Source: Bythopirellula sp.
GTDB lineage: Bacteria; Planctomycetota; Planctomycetia; Pirellulales; Lacipirellulaceae
Direction of reading: 5' to 3'
Length of the DNA stretch: 64,000 nt
NCBI GenBank assembly: GCA_965216565.1
Contig: OZ244170.1
Span: forward strand, 1,696,001 to 1,760,000
The stretch's first letter is position 1, and each line of letters opens with the position of its first letter. The position numbers were made by a program, and so were the translations under genes. Positions 50,883 to 61,464 of the stretch are shown here, piece by piece. Under the pieces are notes generated by a model, which worked only from the letters and a program-made list of their open reading frames with translations, was not told the DNA's origin and did not search any database.

Positions 50883-51187
50883 GCTCTCACCTTTTTTGTT
50901 GTGGGACGATCCTTGTCCTCACACGAGCCACTCTCTCAAGCAGTTCGCGTACTGGGTCTCGATGGGAGCAAACGATGGACCATTCGTGGCCCACTCGCTG
51001 TCGCACTTCACCAACGGGAATCTTAGGCGTCAATCGCGGGGAACGACGGACGATTGCGATTGGTAAGTCGCGAACATCGCTGCCAAATCGATTGCAGAAT
51101 TTACCAACCTTTGCAGAGAATCTGAAAGATCGATTTCGAAAGAATTACGGAGCGCACTGCTAGCACTTTGAGTGCAGGCAGAACAGC

Positions 51188-52018
51188 CTAAGCCGTTTGG
51201 GCCGCCTTGATTTGTTCGAGCAACCGGCCCGGCGAGCCCATGGCATTGTAACCACCGTCCAAGTGCATTATTTCGCCAGTGATGCCCGACGACATTTCGG
51301 AGAGCAAAAACACACCGCTCTTGCCTGCTTCCTCGTGCGTAATGTTTCTCCCCAAGGGTGCCATGGCTTCGTACAAACCTAGCATCTCGTCGACTCCTGC
51401 GCCCCGACCCGAGATTGTTTGCAAAGGCCCTGCGCTTAGTGCATTCACTCGGATGTTTTTCGGGCCGAGATCATAGGCGAGGTATTTCACAACCGAATCG
51501 AGCGCTGCCTTGCAAACGCCCATCACGTTATACCCAGGCACCGCCTTCTCGCCGCCGAAGTAGGTGAGCGTTAGGATGCTGGCATTATCGCTCATAATAT
51601 CTTTCGCTGCATTGGTCAGTGCAATGAGGCTATAGGCACTGATTTCCATTGCTAGCTTAAAGCCGTCGCGACTAGTCTCAACCGTATCTTTCTTGAGATC
51701 ATCAGGCTGAGCATAAGCAATCGAGTGCAGGAGAAAATCGAGTTGCCCCAATTCCTCGCGACTGCGCCGCATCAATGCACCGATGTGCTCGTCGTTGGTC
51801 ACGTCCATGGGCTGCAGGAACTTCGCCTGGCTGTTGCCATCGGTGAGTTTCTTAATGCGACCCAGGTTCTTTTGACGCTTATCGTCTGGCTTGTCTGGCA
51901 TGTAAGAAAACCCGCACTCGCCGCCTTCCTGCATGATTCGATCGGCGATCGCCCAAGCGATGGATTGCTTGTTGAAAACTCCGGTGATCAGCCCTTTTTT
52001 GCCAGCAAACATACCCAT
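51188..52018 (-). CDS. fabI: Enoyl-ACP reductase
   Basis: SIAWAIA, LHSIAYA, ISAYSL, YNVMGVCKAAL, ITGEIMHLDGG; AAGGAG RBS. Confidence 0.95.
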   Translation of the reverse strand: MGMFAGKKGLITGVFNKQSIAWAIADRIMQEGGECGFSYMPDKPDDKRQKNLGRIKKLTDGNSQAKFLQPMDVTNDEHIGALMRRSREELGQLDFLLHSIAYAQPDDLKKDTVETSRDGFKLAMEISAYSLIALTNAAKDIMSDNASILTLTYFGGEKAVPGYNVMGVCKAALDSVVKYLAYDLGPKNIRVNALSAGPLQTISGRGAGVDEMLGLYEAMAPLGRNITHEEAGKSGVFLLSEMSSGITGEIMHLDGGYNAMGSPGRLLEQIKAAQTA

Positions 52019-52333
52019 CAGTGACTCCTTGTGTGGTTGGGACATCCGATTTCCTCGGATCAAGCAGAATACCAACTGGTTGGATGTCTCGAATAGGGCT
52101 CGAGTTCTCTAGACCCGCTATTGCCCGCAAGAAGAGGAATATAGCCGCGCAAAAGGCCTACATCCAAGGGACTATTCATATTGACTACACTATAGAATCC
52201 CAGAATGTCGAATATAGGACTACACAAATTTGTCCTTTATGGTATCATTTAGATTGTAACACCAGATCTCATAGATGACGAAATCGCTTCTAGCACTCAC
52301 AATTTGATCTTCCCGGGGAGCAGGAACGCCCAA

Positions 52334-54235
<1,902 letters not shown>

Positions 54236-54347
54236 ACGAATTTCGCGTTCAATGCTGTTTCCCTACCTGCCGACTGTTCAAGCTTCGTCGTGTTTCTGGT
54301 ATTCTCGCAACCTCTCTTTGCGATCACAACAGCTTCAGGATTCCACC

Positions 54348-55586
54348 ATGCGCCTCCATTCTCTTATCCTGTTAGGTACTATCCTAGCGAACCCCACTCA
54401 GACCCTTGCCCAAGAGGTCAATGAAACACCTCTTACGGAAGTTCGCATTGTCAAAACATTCGAAAACCTTCGTTGGCCCGATTGGATCAATGGCACGCAG
54501 ACCGGCAAGCCCCTCGATCCTCGACCTATTGAAATCAAAGGTTGCGGCGATGGTTCAGGACGCTTGTTCGTCGCCACCCAGTACGGCACGATCTATTCCT
54601 TCGAGAATTCTGCCGATGCAACCGAGCTAAAACTGCTGCTCGATATTCGCGATCGGGTCATGCCGTTCAAGACCAAAGAAAACGAGGAGGGCTTTCTCGG
54701 CTTAGCCTTCCACCCCAACTTCAAGGAAAACGGCGAGCTTTTCGTCTGCTACACATGTGGTCCCGATGGCAGTTTGCCGCATCGATCTCATGTATCTCGG
54801 TTTCGCATGCGAAAAGACGACCCATCTCGCGCCGATCCTAATAGTGAGGAAGTTCTACTCGAGATCAGGCAACCGTTTTGGAATCACAATGGGGGCTCGG
54901 TGGTGTTTGGCCCCGACGGATTTCTCTACATTGCCCTCGGCGATGGCGGATTCGCAAACGATCCGCAAATGAACGGCCAGAACTTGAATACCCTGCTTGG
55001 CAAGCTGTTGCGCATTGATGTCGATCGACAAGAAGGGTCGCTTCCCTACGCCATCCCAGCCGATAACCCTTTCGTAGGTCACAAGGGCTTCGCGCGTCCC
55101 GAAATCTGGGCCTATGGGCTTCGCAACGTTTGGCGGCCAACCTTCGATCGGAAAACCGGTACCCTCTGGGCGGCCGACGTCGGGCAAAACCTATGGGAAG
55201 AAATCAACATCATCCAACGCGGTGGCAACTACGGCTGGAACCTCCGCGAAGGTCGCCATCCCTTCGGTCCGGGTGGCTTTGCTGAATCGCCCGAAATGAT
55301 CGAACCCATCTGGGAATATCCACACGAAGTGGGTAAATCAATCACCGGCGGACACGTATATCGGGGCAGCAAGGTGCCCGCGCTACAGGGGTGCTACCTG
55401 TATGGCGATTATGTCACCGGTCAAGTGTGGGCTTTGAAGTACGACGCTGAGAAAAATCAAGTCGTCTCAAATCGAACGATTCGCGAAAAAGGCAGTCCCC
55501 TGATTTCCTTCGGAGAAGACGATCAAGGCGAAGTTTACTTCACCAGCGAGCGAGACATCTTTACGATTGAGATGGCAAAGAACTAG
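54348..55586 (+). CDS. PQQ-dependent sugar/sorbosone dehydrogenase family protein
   Basis: EGFLGLAFHP, NHNGG..FGPDG.LYIALGDGG, YGLRNVWR, GGNYGW. Confidence 0.92.
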   Translation: MRLHSLILLGTILANPTQTLAQEVNETPLTEVRIVKTFENLRWPDWINGTQTGKPLDPRPIEIKGCGDGSGRLFVATQYGTIYSFENSADATELKLLLDIRDRVMPFKTKENEEGFLGLAFHPNFKENGELFVCYTCGPDGSLPHRSHVSRFRMRKDDPSRADPNSEEVLLEIRQPFWNHNGGSVVFGPDGFLYIALGDGGFANDPQMNGQNLNTLLGKLLRIDVDRQEGSLPYAIPADNPFVGHKGFARPEIWAYGLRNVWRPTFDRKTGTLWAADVGQNLWEEINIIQRGGNYGWNLREGRHPFGPGGFAESPEMIEPIWEYPHEVGKSITGGHVYRGSKVPALQGCYLYGDYVTGQVWALKYDAEKNQVVSNRTIREKGSPLISFGEDDQGEVYFTSERDIFTIEMAKN

Positions 55587-55691
55587 CTGTGCCTTACTCG
55601 TTAATGCGCATAAAGAGCTCCCTCGCTTATCGAAACGAGGGAGCTGAATGGTCAAACGTTTATCGTGACTCGATGATTCTCTGCAGCGCTA

Positions 55692-56036
55692 TTACCACTT
55701 CTTGTGAGGGCGTGGCGACCAGTGCTTCTTGCCCACGCGGTGGCGAAACTTCTTCACGTGCTTGTGGAATTTCTTCACCCAGATGTGGAACTTGCGGATC
55801 GACTTGTGCAGCCGATGCACTCCCTTGAAGTGATGGCCATGACCTCCCCGGCTAAAGCCACTTCCTCGAACTTGCGCGGCCTCGGCGTCGGTCATCACTT
55901 GAATCCCCGAGAGCCCCATCTGCGAAAGCAACTCTTGGCTTGGTAGGCCCGACTCGGCTTGGGCTTGTGTTGCCCCGGTCGTCATCACCATTCCAACGAC
56001 CAACATCATTCCAACCATCGGCGCGGCTACTCTCAT
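55692..56036 (-). CDS. Small secreted precursor with cationic His/Lys-rich C-terminus
   Basis: GAGGGG RBS; signal peptide ending AQA-ES; LSQMGLSGIQVMTDAEAAQVRGSG; heptad-patterned basic tail. Confidence 0.75.
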   Translation of the reverse strand: MRVAAPMVGMMLVVGMVMTTGATQAQAESGLPSQELLSQMGLSGIQVMTDAEAAQVRGSGFSRGGHGHHFKGVHRLHKSIRKFHIWVKKFHKHVKKFRHRVGKKHWSPRPHKKW

Positions 56037-56267
56037 GGTTCTTCCCCTCAATAAATAGAACAGCTGAAAATGAAAAGGACGGCCTCGCCAAGTCACACTT
56101 GAACGGGACGCACTAAACGGTGCAGATTTAGCAAATTGGCCAATCCACTTACAATCACCAAATCCCCACTAGCGCCGAAATTCAACCACAGTGGTGGCTA
56201 TTCGTCAACTCTGTACAGATAAACAGGCCCTGAGAAGAACTCAGAGCTTAACCGACAATTGCTGGGA

Positions 56268-56302
56268 GACAGGATGACTGGATTTTCAGGATGAACAGGA
56301 TG
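56268..56302. repeat. caggatg short-repeat element
   Basis: gacaggatgactggattttcaggatgaacaggatg; reverse-complement relative of 10062-10086. Confidence 0.6.
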
Positions 56303-56366
56303 ACTTGTCGAAGAAGAGAGAAGAATGCTGATCGCAAGCACGTAGAACCAGAACGCGGTGTTTGCG

Positions 56367-56807
56367 AGTCGAAAAACAGGGACTGGCTCGACGCTCGAAT
56401 CCAGTTTGAACCCGCAGCGCACTCAGCGTCGTCGTGCCTGTCACCGTGTTCGGCAGTCGAAAAACAGGGACTGGCTCGACGCTCGAATCTAGTTTGAACC
56501 CGCAGCGCACACAGCGTCGTCGTGCCTGTCACCGTATTCGGCAGTCGAAAAACAGGGACTGGCTCGACGCTCGAATCCAGTTTGAACCCACAGCGCACAC
56601 AGCGTCGTCGTGCCTATCACCGTGTTCGGCAGTCGAAAAACAGGGACTGGCTCGACGCTCGAATCCAGTTTGGACCCGCAGCGCACACAGCGTCGTCGTG
56701 CCTGTCACCGTGTTCGGCAGTCGAAAAACAGGGACTGGCTCGACGCTCGAATCCAGTTTGAACCCACAGCGCACACAGCGTCGTCGTGCCTGTCCCTATT
56801 TTTCGAC
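56367..56807. repeat. Tandem array of 5 x 88-bp hairpin units with terminal inverted repeats
   Basis: Units start at 56367, 56455, 56543, 56631 and 56719 and differ by only a few substitutions; ends gtcgaaaaacagggactggc / gcctgtccctatttttcgac. Confidence 0.95.
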
Positions 56808-56861
56808 GGACCATCGCTTAAAGCTAAGGAATCGAGGAAAAATAGCTTCGGAATTTTTTTT

Positions 56862-56896
56862 CCCCTCACCTTGCCTCTCCCCGTAGGGGCGAGGGA
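56862..56896. repeat. REP-like palindrome
   Basis: cccctcaccttgcctctccccgtaggggcgaggga. Confidence 0.65.
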
Positions 56897-56924
56897 CTAA
56901 GGGAACGTTATTTTTCCTCGATTC

Positions 56925-58403
56925 CTAAGCAGTGCGGATGGCTTGTTCCACCTGGCGAATGGCTTCTTCCACGGGGCAAGATTGGTCGGCGATCTTGAGC
57001 GCCTCGCCCTTACTAACCATGCCCTCGATTTTTTTGTGGGCAGAAATCACCGTGCTATGGCTGCGACGGCCGAAGTACTCGCCGATTTCACCGAGAGCGG
57101 CACGCGTGTATTTGCGAGCCAACCACATGGCCAGCATCCGCGGCTCGGTCACGCTGCGAGATTTGCGAGCCGACTTCAAATTGGCCGGTTCCATGCCAAA
57201 CACTTTGCAAACCGCTCGCTGAATATCTGCCAGGCGTACCACGGGAGAATTCTGTTGCGCGAACTCCGCCATGGTGGTGCGTGCGAGTTCAGCGGATATT
57301 TTCCGTCCCTCCGCCTGGCTGGTGGCGAGTAGTCGATTGAGCGCTCCCTGGATTTGCCGTGCGCTGGCCGTGGCTTGCGTGGCGACAATCGCCTGTACCT
57401 CGTCGTCGAGCCTCATGTTCAGCCGCGTGCATAACTGCTTGACCAAACCCAATCGCGTGGCATAGTCGGGCGATTGCAGCGGAATTGCCAGGCCACCAGA
57501 GATTCGGGTGACGAGCTCCGTGCTCAAACTCTGCAAGTCGCCGGGACTCCGGTCGCAGGTAAGCACTACCTGTTTGCCCCGTTCGTGGAGCGTATCGATC
57601 GTATACAACAACTCTTCCAGCGTGGCGCGTTTGTTCACCAAGAACTGAATATCGTCGACCAGCAAGACATCGATCGTTCGATATTTCTGTCGAAAGCCCG
57701 GCAAGGCGCGACGTTCCAGACAAGAAAGAAACTCGCCCGTGAATTGCTCGGCCGTGAGCCGCAAACAGCGCACATTGCCCGGCCCCTGTCGCACTTTCCG
57801 GACCAAGGCGTACTGCAAATGCGTCTTGCCAACCCCGGGAGGACCGAACAGTAGGAGAGGTCCGTACTGTCCGGGGTTCTCTGCAATCGACTGCGTCGTG
57901 CGATAAGCAAGTTCATTCCCGCCACCGACCACGAAATTGTGAAAGCTAGAAGTAGCACTCGGGGCGGTGGATGGCTTTTTCTCTCTCTGGCTGCTCGCAG
58001 ACTTTCGCTGCGGAGACGTTTTTGCAGGCGTCACAGATGGCGAGCTAGAGGGCATTGGCAACGTGGCAGGGGCTTGGGACTCAGACTCGGCATCGGGCCC
58101 AGAGGCTGCGTCTCTCTCGGGTGCAGGGTCGGTCTCGGGACGTTTTTCCTGACAAAGCTGCGGATCGACAACGAAATCCAGGGCGAGTTGCCGTCCCCAA
58201 ACTGCCTCCGTGCAGTTCTTTAGGGTATCGCTCAGACGGCGGCGGAGCCACTGCTGTTGAAATTTCGAGGGGCAGCCGACGGTTAGTTTGCTTTCCTGCA
58301 GGGAAAAAGAGGTTTGCGAGCCAATTAACAGGTCGAATCGCTCCTCGCCCAATCGGCGGAGTAATTCGGCTCGCAATGCGGACTGCCTGTCCAAACCTTC
58401 CAT
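56925..58403 (-). CDS. dnaA: Chromosomal replication initiator DnaA
   Basis: FHNFVVGGGNELA, GPPGVGKTHL, LLVDDIQFL, domain IV PRMLAMWLAR...IGEYFGRRSHSTVI. Confidence 0.93.
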   Translation of the reverse strand: MEGLDRQSALRAELLRRLGEERFDLLIGSQTSFSLQESKLTVGCPSKFQQQWLRRRLSDTLKNCTEAVWGRQLALDFVVDPQLCQEKRPETDPAPERDAASGPDAESESQAPATLPMPSSSPSVTPAKTSPQRKSASSQREKKPSTAPSATSSFHNFVVGGGNELAYRTTQSIAENPGQYGPLLLFGPPGVGKTHLQYALVRKVRQGPGNVRCLRLTAEQFTGEFLSCLERRALPGFRQKYRTIDVLLVDDIQFLVNKRATLEELLYTIDTLHERGKQVVLTCDRSPGDLQSLSTELVTRISGGLAIPLQSPDYATRLGLVKQLCTRLNMRLDDEVQAIVATQATASARQIQGALNRLLATSQAEGRKISAELARTTMAEFAQQNSPVVRLADIQRAVCKVFGMEPANLKSARKSRSVTEPRMLAMWLARKYTRAALGEIGEYFGRRSHSTVISAHKKIEGMVSKGEALKIADQSCPVEEAIRQVEQAIRTA

Positions 58404-58520
58404 GTCGACTTCCCAAGTCTAGGAGGTAACACACCGCTACTGCCCGCTGCCAGTTGGTCGGCCCTGCGATTAGTGGCAACCCCTGCGGATTGCCTTCGCT
58501 CCCTGACCCACTGTTAGCTC

Positions 58521-58625
58521 TGGGAACGACTCAAAAGTAACTTCTCCTCTTGTCCCTCTCCCCTGAGGGGAGAGGCTAGGTGAGGGGTTCAAAAAACCCC
58601 CGAAGTTACTTTTGAGTCGTTCCCA
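58521..58625. mobile_element. MITE-like element: 24-bp perfect terminal inverted repeats enclosing a REP
   Basis: TGGGAACGACTCAAAAGTAACTTC (58521-58544) / GAAGTTACTTTTGAGTCGTTCCCA (58602-58625). Confidence 0.75.
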
Positions 58626-58886
58626 CGTGGCGTGTCCCTATATATTCACGCTTCCTGACGGAAACCCGTGCTCTTGCCCACTTAAATCGCAATTCTTAAC
58701 TCGTTGTTGCGGTGCCCGTATTGGTCACTCGCAAGAGGCGATTCTAAGAGTGCTAGCAGAGGTCAGCCACCCCTTGACTTCACAGAGAAAAATCGCATTC
58801 CCCATCACCAACAACAAAACACGACAAACACAGTAGTGCCGAGAGTGGCTCGCAAGAAAAAATTTTCTAACCCATGTCCCGCGCGT

Positions 58887-58895
58887 TGTGGAAAA
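58887..58895 (-). promoter_or_regulatory. DnaA box (TTTTCCACA)
   Basis: Matches TTWTNCACA upstream of dnaA; 1-mismatch TTTGCCACA at 58917-58925. Confidence 0.5.
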
Positions 58896-59158
58896 ACTGT
58901 TCTGTCCAAAAAGAACTTTGCCACACTGCAACTTGAAGCTTGAAAACTCGTCAAAGTCGGCACGCTTAGAACTTGTGGTGCGTAAGTTCAATTTCACGCC
59001 CCTTCATTTTGTGGTGAGTGTACATGGGTCTAGCAAAAGTGGAAGGAGATGGGGGGATCGTTGGGCATGGCGGTATGCTGAAGGATGGGTCTCGCGGTCG
59101 TTTCGACTCGGCCCTCGAGTCAAGCCCTCAGTCTTGTGCCAATTGCTGATTCTGAGTC

Positions 59159-59260
59159 ACACAACAACTTGTGGAATCAGAAAACGCCGCACACAAATTG
59201 GGCGATTGCCAGTTTTCTATTCTTGTGTGACCCATGAACGCGTAGCACAAGATATGGCAC
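59159..59260. promoter_or_regulatory. Two candidate NrdR boxes
   Basis: acaCAAcAacTTGtgg (59159-59174) and gcaCAAgATaTGGcac (59245-59260) versus consensus acaCwAtATaTwGtgt. Confidence 0.35.
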
Positions 59261-59510
59261 CCACATTGGACGGCGTTTCGAGTTCCCCGGGATAAACGTG
59301 TTCGTCGCTTAAAAAAATTGAAGCGAATTTCAATTTGCGCGGCCCAATTGCCAGTTGCATTAATCTAGCTGCTTCAATCTATCAGAGGGCCAGGGAAATC
59401 TCAGTCTCTATTCTTGGTCGTCAGGTCTTAGTCTTCAGGGGCAATGGTGAGTCAACAATCTGTCATTCCGAGCTCGGCCGAGGAATCTACGTTACGCCAG
59501 CAATGGCGAA

Positions 59511-60425
59511 TCACTTCTCGAGCTCCGGCCTCATTCGGGCATACACGCGACGCCGGTCCCAAGAGACCATCCCTGCGGCTTGATAAAGTGCCAGCGCCGG
59601 TGCATTCCGCTCGTCGGCAGCCAACACCAGCCGTTCCGCATGGGCCTGCTTGGCCTGGGAGATTGCAAACTGAAGAGTCCGCTGGCCAAACTGTTGACCT
59701 CGCGCCGCAGGAACGACCCCCATATAGATCAGTTCCCAGGTGCGGTTCGTGGCGTACTCCGTTAACAGCAGCACACCGACATCGCGATCGTCGTGCTGAA
59801 TTAGAAACCAACGTTCTGGTGAAAAATCTCCTTGCGATTGGTAACTTGCCAGGATGTCTTCCACGCGGCGCAGATTGTTCACCTCGGGACAGTCCTGCGT
59901 TTGCTCGTAGGAATCCAGCAAAACGGTCCCCAACCGCTCAGGATGGTCACTGGCCCCGGGCACGAACTTCAACGACTCGTCCGGCACCAGTTCGGGAAAT
60001 TGCGTGGACTCGAGCGTGAGATACACCAAATCGGCAAGCACTTGAAATCCCCCCAAGCCAAGTAGCTTCTCGTCCTGGGGAGCCTGGGGACTAATCAACA
60101 TTTGCGTCAAAGGAACCTGCCGCTGGTCGATGAATTTGGCGGCCTGTTTCATCAAATAGGCCGAGGCGGCACCCCCAACCGACGGTGGCCACAGCACAGC
60201 CGTGCGGCCCGGCGCCAACTGGACCCAAACGCCCTCCTCGATCTCCTGCCCACTCTTCGCTACAAACAAACCGGCAAAGGCATCGTCCCCCTGGCTGCGG
60301 ACAGAATCAAGTGCCGCGGGGAAGGCAGTTTGTTGATCGGTGGAAAGCCCAGCATGCAAACGGCGGAGGGCCTGCGCACGTTGGGCGGCAGAGCAGGGTT
60401 CGATCAAGAGATCCGGGGCAGACAT
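59511..60425 (-). CDS. GNAT family acetyltransferase (tandem GNAT)
   Basis: YMGVVPAARGQQFG, ADERNAPALALY..AG. Confidence 0.88.
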   Translation of the reverse strand: MSAPDLLIEPCSAAQRAQALRRLHAGLSTDQQTAFPAALDSVRSQGDDAFAGLFVAKSGQEIEEGVWVQLAPGRTAVLWPPSVGGAASAYLMKQAAKFIDQRQVPLTQMLISPQAPQDEKLLGLGGFQVLADLVYLTLESTQFPELVPDESLKFVPGASDHPERLGTVLLDSYEQTQDCPEVNNLRRVEDILASYQSQGDFSPERWFLIQHDDRDVGVLLLTEYATNRTWELIYMGVVPAARGQQFGQRTLQFAISQAKQAHAERLVLAADERNAPALALYQAAGMVSWDRRRVYARMRPELEK

Positions 60426-60452
60426 GCTCCCCAGAATAGCCCATTGCAGGAC

Positions 60453-61283
60453 TTACCAGAAGCGACCGCGGCGATCGAGGTTTTCCACCTGCTTTTTCGG
60501 CACACGGCTCCGAGGCGTGTAGGCCTGTACAGAATCGGAGCCCGCTTGCGGTTTCGCCGGTGCCTCCCGCTCGACGACCGCCTGAGTGGACTGCTGGACG
60601 GGGATTGGCTGCACAGCGGACGGCAGGATGCCGCCGGCAAGCTGCTGATTCGGTAGCGGCGTGCTGGTACCCGGTCTTTGTAGCTGGAGATCGATCGAAA
60701 AACTGTCGTACGGATCATCAGCCATAATCACCGGGGACGGTCGCAGCCGGAGCTCGCCAAACACCTTGTCGCCACTCTTAAGCTGATACAGCCGCTGACC
60801 TGCGATCGGCGTCGCCTGCCGTTGTAGCCCAAATTGCTGCGTCGCTAGTTGCTCCAACTGCGTTGTATTCCCAGTCCGACCAACCAGGGCGATCCGCTGG
60901 ACCAATCCCTGCTCGTCGAAATAGTAGGTCAACGAGCCTGCCACATCGGCAAGCGAGGTCCCCGTCACCAGCGGCACCCGCACGCCATAGAGATCCAGCT
61001 CCGACAGTGCCGTCGTCTTCCGATCCCATCGCTGATAGACCCACCCCTTAGAAACGTTGAAATTCAAGGCCTGCTGCAGCGGAATCGTCTGTTGCCGAGC
61101 CCTCGGTCCAAACCCAGCCGCACCCGGTGCCAGGGAACCATCCGCAGAGCGGCTCATTCTCGTGGGTGCCGTGCCTGACGCACCATCTTGCTTCCAAATC
61201 GAATCGAGATCAGGGCCATTGGTGGCGGCGTAGGGAACCCCTACCGCGGCGGCTAATAGCAATGGGGCACCTAGCATTCGCAT
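60453..61283 (-). CDS. Planctomycete-type hypothetical protein
   Basis: 276 aa; WVYQRWDRKTT...GVRVPLVTG...AGSLTYYFD. Confidence 0.75.
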   Translation of the reverse strand: MRMLGAPLLLAAAVGVPYAATNGPDLDSIWKQDGASGTAPTRMSRSADGSLAPGAAGFGPRARQQTIPLQQALNFNVSKGWVYQRWDRKTTALSELDLYGVRVPLVTGTSLADVAGSLTYYFDEQGLVQRIALVGRTGNTTQLEQLATQQFGLQRQATPIAGQRLYQLKSGDKVFGELRLRPSPVIMADDPYDSFSIDLQLQRPGTSTPLPNQQLAGGILPSAVQPIPVQQSTQAVVEREAPAKPQAGSDSVQAYTPRSRVPKKQVENLDRRGRFW

Positions 61284-61464
61284 AAACTCACCTGTACCGA
61301 CCGACTGGGGTCGAGCTTGTATTTTCGATACATTGGGGGATCGGGCACTGGAAGTCGGGCCGCTGGGCGACTACCGCGCCTACAGTTCTATTTTCGACCG
61401 ATCGAGCCCTCCCAGATTGGTGACAGCCATAGGGTGCCGATCGTAGGGAGAACAAGGCTGCGTT

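Noticed and set aside
56367..56807. CRISPR array
   Set aside because: The whole 88-bp unit repeats with no unique spacers, and there are no cas genes in the window.
56198..56900. Repetitive ORFs (MRCGFKLDSS..., MPVTVFGSRK...)
   Set aside because: Artefacts of an 88-bp period cycling through all frames on both strands.
59255..59270. Sigma-54 promoter TGGCAC-N5-TTGG
   Set aside because: It lacks the conserved -12 GC and points toward the 3' end of a convergent gene.
58612..59583. Short ORFs upstream of dnaA
   Set aside because: No motifs or convincing RBS; they overlap on both strands and the region reads as non-coding.
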